In this document: in pieces, positions 43,153 to 50,526 of the stretch | How positions within the stretch are numbered: position 1 is the first letter of the stretch | How the letters are laid out: each line of letters begins with the position of its first letter | NCBI GenBank assembly: GCA_039630295.1 | Contig: JBCNVH010000009.1 | Coordinates: forward strand, 1-50,526 | Length of the DNA: 50,526 bases | From: Aquificaceae bacterium | GTDB lineage: Bacteria; Aquificota; Aquificia; Aquificales; Aquificaceae | Reading direction: 5' to 3' | The notes under the pieces: generated by a model | Database searches by the model: none | What the model was told of the DNA's origin: nothing | Seen by the model: the letters and a program-made list of their open reading frames with translations, nothing else | Program-made: the position numbers and the translations under genes

Positions 43153-44695
43153 CGCAGACCTCTCTTATCAGCTCTCTCGCACCCTCAAGTGTCTTCTCGC
43201 TCACCCTTCCCATAAGCCTGGCTATCTCTTTAAGACGCTCCTCCCCCTTTAATTCCTCAAGCTTTATGAAGGGGCTATCACCTAAGTATTCTCTTCTGGT
43301 GGTAAAGTGTTTGTCTCCTGCGCTGGCTATGGCAGGAGAATGGGTTATGGTTATGAGTTGGGTGTTTAAGGACAGCTCTTTTAAGAGCCTTGCCAGTTTT
43401 AGGGAGGTTATCCCGCTTATACCCGTATCCACCTCGTCCAGCACATAAGTCTGGGCGGGTGGTAAGAGCATGAAGAGGGCAAGGGAAAGCCTTGAAACTT
43501 CACCGCCAGAAGCCACCTGAGAAAGGTCTCCTTCTTCCCTGCCGTAGGAGGAAAAGAGAAACCTCACCTGCTCCCTTCCGTATCTGCCAACCTTCTCCTC
43601 AAAGTCCACCCTGAAGCTTGCTCTCTCCAAACCCATACTGCGAAGATATTCGAGGACCTTTCTCTCAAAGCTCTCTCTTGCTCCGAGCCTTTTCCTGCTC
43701 AACTCCTCACATAGTTCCTGAAACTTCCCCTCCAGCCCTTCCAGCCTCCTCTCCAACCCTTCTAAATCTTCCTCTTCCTCCAGCTCCCTCAACTCTTCCT
43801 TTAGCTTCTGGGTGCGTTCCCACAGGTCTGGATAGCCCATGAGGCGCTTTCTCTCGAGCCTCTGCACCCTGTAAAGCTTTTCGTTCAGGAGGTCCAGCTC
43901 CTCCTGACTGTAGTATAGAGAAAGTCGCTCCGTATGCCTTTTTATCTCCAGAAGGCTTTCTACAAAGAGCTCAAGCCTCTCAAGGTCTTCTTTCACATCC
44001 CTGTAATAGGCGAGCTCTCTCAGAGCCCTGATAGTCTTCATCAGACCTTCGTAGGCATTCTCCAGACCCGAGAGGCTCTCCTGGACGAGCCTGTTTATCC
44101 TCTCTCCCAGGTTTATTTCCTCAAGCCTTCTTTTTAGCCCCAGATAATCCTCGGGTGTCAGACCTATCTCCTCCACCTCTCTTATCTCTTCCTGCAGTAG
44201 CCTTTTCTTCAGCTCTCTTTCCAGCCCTTTATCCTTTATTTCCCTTATTTTCTCCGCCAGCTCTACCATTTCCTGATAGACCCTCTCCACCTCTCTTCTC
44301 AGCTCAAGGGTATCCGCAAAACGGTCGTAAACCTCTCTCTGAAAGTCTGCCCTGACTATCTTCCTTTTGTCGTTTTGTCCCTGAAGGAGCAGGTGAGCGG
44401 ACAGCAACTCCTCCGCCACCTTTCTGGTGCTTCCCCTTCCGTTCAGATAATACCTGCTCCTTCCCCTCAGGACCTCCCTCCTGAGTATCATCTGCTCTTC
44501 CCCGACGATGAGCTCCGCCTCCACAGAGGTGCCTTCAGGATACTCACCCTCCTGACCCATAAGGAAAAGGAGGGAAGAAAGGGTAAGCGATTTACCTGTG
44601 CCCGTCTCACCCGTTATCACATTAAGACCCTTACCGAACTCCACTTCCTGACCTTTTATAAGGAAAAAGTCTTCAAGGGTCAGCCTGACCAGCAT
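43145..44695 (-). CDS. recN: DNA repair ATPase RecN
   Basis: TGETGTGKS, coiled coil, ASGGEVSR, LDEVDTGISG, ITH, EIARL. Confidence 0.92.
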   Translation of the reverse strand: MLVRLTLEDFFLIKGQEVEFGKGLNVITGETGTGKSLTLSSLLFLMGQEGEYPEGTSVEAELIVGEEQMILRREVLRGRSRYYLNGRGSTRKVAEELLSAHLLLQGQNDKRKIVRADFQREVYDRFADTLELRREVERVYQEMVELAEKIREIKDKGLERELKKRLLQEEIREVEEIGLTPEDYLGLKRRLEEINLGERINRLVQESLSGLENAYEGLMKTIRALRELAYYRDVKEDLERLELFVESLLEIKRHTERLSLYYSQEELDLLNEKLYRVQRLERKRLMGYPDLWERTQKLKEELRELEEEEDLEGLERRLEGLEGKFQELCEELSRKRLGARESFERKVLEYLRSMGLERASFRVDFEEKVGRYGREQVRFLFSSYGREEGDLSQVASGGEVSRLSLALFMLLPPAQTYVLDEVDTGISGITSLKLARLLKELSLNTQLITITHSPAIASAGDKHFTTRREYLGDSPFIKLEELKGEERLKEIARLMGRVSEKTLEGARELIREVCGV

Positions 44696-44706
44696 AGAGT
44701 AAAAAT

Positions 44707-45906
44707 TTATACCAGCCCCAGAGACTTCTTCAGGTTCCTTTCTAACATCTGGAGAAGGTATTCAAACTTTCTATCCGTAAGCCTTTTCTCCTCCACCTTC
44801 CTCGCAGCGTAAAGGGCGGAGGTGTGGTCCACTTTACCGAAGAGCCTGCCTATCTCCGGGTAGGACATGCGAAGGAGAGTTTTGCAGAAGTACATGGCAA
44901 TGTGCTTTGCCTTCAGGACCTTTCTCTCCCTTGTGTCTTTCCTAAGGTCCTCCGGCTTTAGGTTGAAGTGTCTTGCCACGAGAGAGAGCAGGAGCTCCTC
45001 TTTCTTCGTTCCTTCTCCTGTCTTTTCTTCCCTTATACCGGTCAGCTTGAGGGTTTTTATGAAACCCTCTATCTCTCTCACGCTGTAGCCCGTGTTTTCC
45101 ATCACATGGTCTATGTATCTCCTGTCAAGGGGAAGACCAAAAAGGAGAAGCTTGTTCTTTACGATAGATAGCTTTGTTTCCTCATCCAGTCCTATCTCTA
45201 TGATGATACCACTTACAAACCTGCTTATTAACCTCTCGGAGATGTCGCCTATGTCCTTTGGGTGTCTATCGCTCACCAGCACCACCTGTCTTTCCTTCTT
45301 CTGGAGACTTTCAAAAACCCTGAAGAGCTCTATCTGGGTCCTTTCCTTGCCCGAGAGAAACTGAACATCGTCCAGAAGCAGGAGGTCTACCTCCGAGAAG
45401 CTCCTCCTAAAGTCCTCTATCCTACCCTGCTTTAGGCTCCTTATCATATCCTCGGAGAACTCGTTAGCCTGCCGGTATACTGCCCTGTAGCCCATGGAGC
45501 TGGCTCTGTTTCCAATAGCATGGAGGAGGTGCGTCTTTCCAAGACCTACGCCACCATAGAGAAAGAGAGGGCTGTAGCTACCGGGGTTTGCGGAGACCTC
45601 CAGGCATACCCTGTAGGCAAGCTCGTTGGAACTGCCCACCACGAAGTTTTCAAAGCGGTATTTTTCCTGAAGTCCTTTTCTTAAAACCTCTTCTCCCGCA
45701 GAATTTTCCTCACCCTTTACCTTTACCAGTATCTCCTTGCCGTAGTCTGAAAGCCTCGCCCTTATGTATTCAAGCACCCACCTTTTATATTCCAGCGTGG
45801 GCGTGATGATGAGAACCCTGCTGGGTGTCTCCTCAATCCTGAACTGCCTGAAGAGCCCCACCGCAAACCTGTCTCTACTCTCCACAAAAAACAGAAAATC
45901 CCTCAT
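44707..45906 (-). CDS. dnaA: Replication initiator DnaA
   Basis: YRFENFVVG, GGVGLGKTHL, LLDDVQF, SDRHP, RLISRF, VREIEG, IGRLFG.DHTS. Confidence 0.95.
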   Translation of the reverse strand: MRDFLFFVESRDRFAVGLFRQFRIEETPSRVLIITPTLEYKRWVLEYIRARLSDYGKEILVKVKGEENSAGEEVLRKGLQEKYRFENFVVGSSNELAYRVCLEVSANPGSYSPLFLYGGVGLGKTHLLHAIGNRASSMGYRAVYRQANEFSEDMIRSLKQGRIEDFRRSFSEVDLLLLDDVQFLSGKERTQIELFRVFESLQKKERQVVLVSDRHPKDIGDISERLISRFVSGIIIEIGLDEETKLSIVKNKLLLFGLPLDRRYIDHVMENTGYSVREIEGFIKTLKLTGIREEKTGEGTKKEELLLSLVARHFNLKPEDLRKDTRERKVLKAKHIAMYFCKTLLRMSYPEIGRLFGKVDHTSALYAARKVEEKRLTDRKFEYLLQMLERNLKKSLGLV

Positions 45907-46068
45907 GGTTCCTGGCTACCCTTGCAGTCTTATGCTCTCTCTTAATCTTTGGTTGCCCCTCAGAGGTCATTAACATCATAAGCCCAACCCCGGGACATTA
46001 CAAGCGAGGAAAACCTTACAGGTTAAACCTCTGAACCCCCCTAAGTCTAAGTATGGGTTAGTCTGAAG

Positions 46069-47071
46069 CTATTTAAAAAGGCTTAAAAAGTCCGCAGGAC
46101 TTAGTCTTGGCGTTTGAAGTATCTTTATGTTTTCCTGCAGGTGTTCCAGCTTACTCATTCCTACAAGGGCTGTGCCTACACCCGGCGTGCTTAGGACAAA
46201 CTGAAGACTTGCCAGCACATCACTGTTGACACCAAGTCTTTCTTTTAGCTCTGCAGGCACCCTGCCCACAACCCTGCCCTGATAGATGCTGGCACTGGTA
46301 TAGACATATAGCCCCAGTCTCTGGCAGGCTTCAAGGGTTGAGAGGTTTATCCCATCCACTTTCTGATTTTTGAGGCTGAAGGCTTCCCTCATACCCAGAT
46401 TGAGGAAGCTGTATAAACCTGAAGTGATGCTCCTCACCGCCTACCTGTCTGGCTATTTCCGCCAGCTCCCACAGGTCCAGATACTGCCCTCTGGTGGGTG
46501 GAACCCGAAAGCCCTCCCAGGTGGCAAGCCCGTAATACCTCACCCTTCCCTTTTTCACCTCCTTCTCAAGGTATTCAAAGCAATCCCTTATAATAGCCCT
46601 GAAGGTGTCTCTGCTGAAAAAACCCAGCTGTTCCTCGGGGTTGTGCAGGAAGTAAACATCCACATAGTTCGTGTTAAGGTTCTGAAGGCTTTTCTCCAGA
46701 CACCAGTTTATAAAACTCGGTGATAGGCAGTGCCCCTGGGGTGTGACTTCCTTCAGGTTAACTATGCCCCCATTAAGGAGTTTTTCGTAGAAGTAGTCTC
46801 TTGGGCTCATTCCTGAGTCTATGTCGTAGGGTATGTAGCCACCCTTAGTGGAAAGAAATATTTTCTCTCTGTCCAGTTCCTTCAGAACCTCTCCTATGTC
46901 TCTCTCACTTTTCATGTAACGGTATACTATGGCGGTATCCACAACCCTTATGCCCAAGCTCACCCCTTCTTTAATAACTTCTCTGTAGCCTTTGGAAGTC
47001 CTCTCGTCAGGCTCGCCAAGGTATGTGCCAATACCAAGCTCGGAGAGTTCAAGGTCAAGAAAGCTCTTCAT
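46069..47071 (-). CDS. Aldo/keto reductase (frameshifted near 46402)
   Basis: GIGTYLG, DTAIVY, STKGG, LHNPE, IQLP, then NLGMREA...LVGMSKLEHLQEN in a second frame. SD AAGGAGG. Confidence 0.85.
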
Positions 47072-47081
47072 GGTCACCTCC

Positions 47082-47777
47082 TTAAAAGCTCAGAAAGTCA
47101 AAACCGCTCACCTGTTTCTGAAGAAGTCCCTTCTCCACAAGCAGGTCTTCCTCTTCTTTTATGAGCGCTTCGGGCATGAGTTTTTTGGGGCACGCGTAGG
47201 AGCAGTTCATACAGTGGGTGCAGAGGTCCGGTCTGAGGCTGTAGAGGCTCGTGAGGGTCTCTGAAGGTTTAAGGTTCCTCGGGTCGAAGAGGTGTTTGTA
47301 TCCTCTGGTCAGGGTCATGGGTCCGCCAAAGGCTGATGGGCTCGTGAGCACCGGACAGACGCTGTCGCATATACCGCAGAGTATGCATTCCCAGCTTTTT
47401 GAGGTCTTCCGGTTCACTTCTTCCTGTATAGGTTTGTTCTCCTCCAAGGGCTGGAGCCATACCTTTGCCCTCTTTAAGCCCAGCTGGATAACCTCCTGGT
47501 CCACCACCAGGTCCTTTATGGGTGCGTAGCCCTCGAGGGGTTCAAGGTCAAGCTCCTCTTTAGGCAGAACCCATGTGGAGCAGGCAAGAACGGGCTTTCC
47601 GTTCAGCTTAACACCACAGGTTCCGCACACCCCTGCCCTGCACATGCTTCTGAAGGAAAGGCTTGGGTCCATCTCCTCCCTTATCCTGTAGAGAAGGTCA
47701 AGAAGGGTAAGTCTGTGAGAGAGCTCTATCTCAAACTCCTGAAAATCTCCCGGGTATCTCCTTATTCTTACCTTCAA
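47082..47777 (-). CDS. Fumarate reductase/succinate dehydrogenase Fe-S subunit (FrdB/SdhB)
   Basis: CRAGVCGTC...LAC, IKDLVVD, CILCGICDSVCP, CTHCMNCSYACP. TTG start. Confidence 0.9.
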   Translation of the reverse strand: MKVRIRRYPGDFQEFEIELSHRLTLLDLLYRIREEMDPSLSFRSMCRAGVCGTCGVKLNGKPVLACSTWVLPKEELDLEPLEGYAPIKDLVVDQEVIQLGLKRAKVWLQPLEENKPIQEEVNRKTSKSWECILCGICDSVCPVLTSPSAFGGPMTLTRGYKHLFDPRNLKPSETLTSLYSLRPDLCTHCMNCSYACPKKLMPEALIKEEEDLLVEKGLLQKQVSGFDFLSF

Positions 47778-47778
47778 C

Positions 47779-49287
47779 TCAATACCTCTTTAGTTCAATC
47801 CTGTATTTTTTTATCCTGTAGTCAAGCTGTCGCAGGGTATAGCCCAGAAGTCTGGCTGCCCTTGACTTTACATAGCCTGTCCTTTCCAGAGCTTTGAGTA
47901 TTTCCTCTCTCTCCGTGCTCTCTATAACCTGAAGGACCTTCTTTGGCTCTGTGCTTGAGAGGTTGGCAAAAAAGTAGGGTGGCAGGTCCGTCTCCCTGAT
48001 AAGCCCATCCCGGAGTATGACAAGCCTTTCCACTGTGTTTTCCAGCTCTCTCACATTACCATGCCAGGGGTATTCCATGAAGACCTCTATCACTCTTGGA
48101 TGCAGTCTTACACTTTTGTTGTAACGCTGGTTGAAGACTTCCAGAAAATGGTCCACCAGAATGGGTATGTCTTCCCTGCGTTCTCTCAGTGGTGGTATGT
48201 GTATAGGCAGGACGTTGAGCCTGTAGTAGAGGTCTTCCCGAAACTGTCCCTGAGAGACAAGCTCCATAAGATTTTTGTTGGTGGCGGAGATGATACGCAC
48301 ATCCACCCTTATAGTTTTTTCACTGCCTAACCTTTCTATTTCCTTATCCTGTATTACTCTGAGTATTTTGGGCTGTAGAGAAAGGGGCATATCCCCTATC
48401 TCATCCAGAAAGACGGTCCCGCCGTTGGCAAGTTCAAACTTACCCTTTTTTGAGGTGTAAGCCCCGGTAAAGGAACCCTTCTCGTAGCCGAAGAGCTCTG
48501 CCTCCAGCAAGGTTTCGGGTATGGCACTGCAGTTCAGGGTTATGAAGGGCTTTTCCCTTCTCTTGCTCATAAAGTGGATTGCCTTTGCCACCAGGCTTTT
48601 GCCCGTCCCGCTTTCACCGGTTATGAGCACGTTTACCTCCGTCTGGGCAATCCTTTCCACCAGGTCAAGAAGCCTCCTTATTGCAAGGCTTCTGCCCACT
48701 ATACCCTCTACGCTGTATTTTTCGCTCAGAGCTCTTGTGAGCTGTCTTTTTTCCTCTTCCCACTCTTCCCTTTCCTGATTTATCTTCTCGTCCAGCTTGT
48801 GGAGCATGCCTATCATGGTGCCCATTATCATCAGGAGCTCCACACCTCTTTCCACGCTCTCTTCGCCAAAGTCCTTAAAGACTGCCAGCACGCCTATTAT
48901 CTCACCCCCAACCCTTACGGGAACCGCCACAAAACTTTCCTTACCCTCAAGCCTCTCTCTGAGACCTGTTTTGTTAAGGTAAGCACCCATCTTTATGTCC
49001 GAAAGGAAAACAGGCACGCCATCCTTGTAGACTTTGCCCACTATGCCCTCGCCCCTTCTGAAGATGCCCCTCTCCACCTCTTCTTCAGTAAGACCGAAGG
49101 CTTTCACTATTTTGAGAGCTCTCATATCTCCCCTGTAGAGAGCAACATAGCTATGACGCACATCCCAGAAGGAGTAAAGAACCTTTAGAACCTCCTCCAG
49201 ACTTCTGGTAAACTCGTAGCCCCTGCTCAGTATCTTGGCAACCTCATTTATTATGGTAAGCTCTCTAAGGTTGAGGCTCTTCTCCAT
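47779..49287 (-). CDS. NifA-like GAF-AAA+-Fis HTH sigma54 activator
   Basis: GAF (GEGIVG), GESGTGKS, ELFGYEKGSFTGA, FLDEIG, FREDLYYRL, WHGNVREL, HTH. Start revised to ATG 49287. Confidence 0.93.
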   Translation of the reverse strand: MEKSLNLRELTIINEVAKILSRGYEFTRSLEEVLKVLYSFWDVRHSYVALYRGDMRALKIVKAFGLTEEEVERGIFRRGEGIVGKVYKDGVPVFLSDIKMGAYLNKTGLRERLEGKESFVAVPVRVGGEIIGVLAVFKDFGEESVERGVELLMIMGTMIGMLHKLDEKINQEREEWEEEKRQLTRALSEKYSVEGIVGRSLAIRRLLDLVERIAQTEVNVLITGESGTGKSLVAKAIHFMSKRREKPFITLNCSAIPETLLEAELFGYEKGSFTGAYTSKKGKFELANGGTVFLDEIGDMPLSLQPKILRVIQDKEIERLGSEKTIRVDVRIISATNKNLMELVSQGQFREDLYYRLNVLPIHIPPLRERREDIPILVDHFLEVFNQRYNKSVRLHPRVIEVFMEYPWHGNVRELENTVERLVILRDGLIRETDLPPYFFANLSSTEPKKVLQVIESTEREEILKALERTGYVKSRAARLLGYTLRQLDYRIKKYRIELKRY

Positions 49288-49757
49288 CAGTGCTCTTCTT
49301 TCACCTTGTAATAAAAGATAAGCACGCCCACAACCACTGCAATGGCTACGCCGAAGAGTAGGGTGTCCATGGGTTCTTTCCACTTGACCACGTTTTTCGT
49401 AAAGGTTATGGCGAGGATGAGTATGACCACGCTTGCCAGCTTTGCCTTTAGCTGGTCTATGCTCTCAATCTTGAGCCACTCGGGCACATCCAGTTTCCCC
49501 ACAAAGAGCTCGTAAAGACCTACCGCAAAGATGTAGAGTATCACCGATAGAAGGTGAATGTCCATGACTGCTATGAACTTGGTGGACAGTATGGCGGTAT
49601 CCATGTATTCCCTATCAGTAAAGACCTTGTATAGGGTTTCAAAGGAGAGGTATACGCCATAAAGACCGAGGAAAACCGCACTTATAAAGAGGCTAAAGGC
49701 AGGAAGAACCGCTATGGCTTTACCTCTCTCCACAAAAGCTTTTACGAGCCTTTCCAT
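49287..49757 (-). CDS. YqhA/UPF0114 membrane protein
   Basis: D..L......FAVGLYELFV, PEWLKIESIDQLKAKL. Confidence 0.85.
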   Translation of the reverse strand: MERLVKAFVERGKAIAVLPAFSLFISAVFLGLYGVYLSFETLYKVFTDREYMDTAILSTKFIAVMDIHLLSVILYIFAVGLYELFVGKLDVPEWLKIESIDQLKAKLASVVILILAITFTKNVVKWKEPMDTLLFGVAIAVVVGVLIFYYKVKEEH

Positions 49758-50176
49758 CACTCTACCTCCCTGTCTATGATTACCCTTAAGCCTTTTGTTC
49801 CCACCTTAGCAGGGGTTGAGCCCATAAGGTCCCCCTTCTGCGCTTCGGGTGTGTCCGAGGTGGTTAGCCTTGCGGTCAGGATGACATCACCCTCCAACAG
49901 CCTTTCGTGGCTCAGCTTGTGCTTACCGCTTATCCTGAAGTGGTAAGGGAACTTTGGGTTCTTTACTTTCAAAACCGCCAGAGGCATTGGGTCCTCCAGA
50001 TTTCTGACTGATATTATAAGAAGGCTTTGAGCACTGGGGGCTTTGGTCTTGAGCTCCTCCTTTAAAAAGACTTGTCCTTCTATGTATTGCCGGCGATATT
50101 TTTCCAGTGGAACTTCTTTGGGAAGAGGCTGACAGGACAGGAAAAAAGACAGGAAAAGCAATAAGGGAACTGCCAT
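49757..50176 (-). CDS. Lipoprotein resembling the C-terminal Ig-like domain of CcmI/CycH
   Basis: Lipobox FLSC, PMPLAV....FPYHF, TARL..S..P....GDL.G. An alternative start with an SD lies at 50224. Confidence 0.7.
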   Translation of the reverse strand: MAVPLLLFLSFFLSCQPLPKEVPLEKYRRQYIEGQVFLKEELKTKAPSAQSLLIISVRNLEDPMPLAVLKVKNPKFPYHFRISGKHKLSHERLLEGDVILTARLTTSDTPEAQKGDLMGSTPAKVGTKGLRVIIDREVE

Positions 50177-50187
50177 CCTCCTAATTA

Positions 50188-50213
50188 TAAAACTGCGAGC
50201 TGGGTACTCGCAG
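50188..50213 (-). terminator. Intrinsic terminator-like hairpin
   Basis: Minus strand: CTGCGAGT-accca-GCTCGCAG-TTTTA. Confidence 0.55.
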
Positions 50214-50284
50214 AGTTTTCTCATGAAGACCTCCTAAATCCAGATTGAATGTGGGTTCAACTTTTGCAAAACTTCAGGCTATAT

Positions 50285-50526
50285 GCTGTGTCCAACAATT
50301 AACCCAATTCCCTCCAGAACATCTCCACACCCCCTACTCACCACCCACCGAACATAATCATTTATACTACCCTAACCTCAACTCACCAACATACCAACAC
50401 CACCACTCAAAAACATGCTTGTTATCATAACCTTAAACATTATCTCCTTCACTATATTCTCAAACTTCACACTACTCACATGCTCTCCAAACCATCGCTT
50501 GAACACAGAAAAGAAGCTCTCTACAC
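50285..50526 (-). mobile_element. Right end of an IS5-family insertion sequence (partial)
   Basis: Abrupt switch to a C/A-rich plus strand. Putative terminal repeat GCTGTGTCCAACAATT begins at 50285. Contains a transposase C-terminus. Confidence 0.7.
50378..50526 (-). CDS. IS5-family DDE transposase, C-terminal fragment (not in ORF track)
   Basis: Manual translation: VESFFSVFKRWFGEHVSSVKFENIVKEIMFKVMITSMFLSGGVGMLVS*. The E-x6-K/R helix is typical of IS4/IS5 DDE enzymes. Confidence 0.8.
   Translation of the reverse strand, partial: VESFFSVFKRWFGEHVSSVKFENIVKEIMFKVMITSMFLSGGVGMLVS

Noticed and set aside
45907-46068. oriC next to dnaA
   Set aside because: No DnaA boxes found on either strand.
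48455-48490. GSFTGA instead of GAFTGA in the NifA-like activator, and possible nitrogen fixation
   Set aside because: GSFTGA is a known natural variant. There are no nif genes and no convincing -24/-12 promoter in the window.
50245-50430. His/Pro/Thr-rich plus-strand ORF
   Set aside because: Shadow of the G/T-rich IS end on the opposite strand.

Overview
A compact 50.5 kb chromosomal region from a thermophilic bacterium, probably Aquificaceae (Hydrogenobacter/Thermocrinis-like). That assignment is inferred from the 399-aa DnaA, archaeal-type Ogg, protein disulfide oxidoreductase, AGA/AGG/ATA-rich codons and scattered housekeeping genes. Most of the window is housekeeping (accA, pncB, rpoZ, hemL, thrC, kdsB, lpxC, hemD, dnaG, recJ, murC, frr-pyrH-tsf-rpsB, hslO, ychF, ogg, recN, dnaA), with three tRNAs and no CRISPR array. 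About nine genes, including essential lpxC and tsf, carry small indels that look like long-read assembly errors. The best candidate for a new system is a three-gene Type III restriction-modification-like operon (24319-29311, minus strand): Mod methylase, then a stand-alone 157-aa PD-(D/E)XK nuclease, then a Res helicase that lacks its own nuclease domain. Other points of interest: about 11 genes with a leaderless signature (TAnnnT, 6-8 nt, ATG); three 17-19 bp bidirectional promoters; a long hairpin upstream of dnaA; an unusual secreted di-heme cytochrome; and the 3' end of an IS5-family element at the right edge that the ORF track missed.
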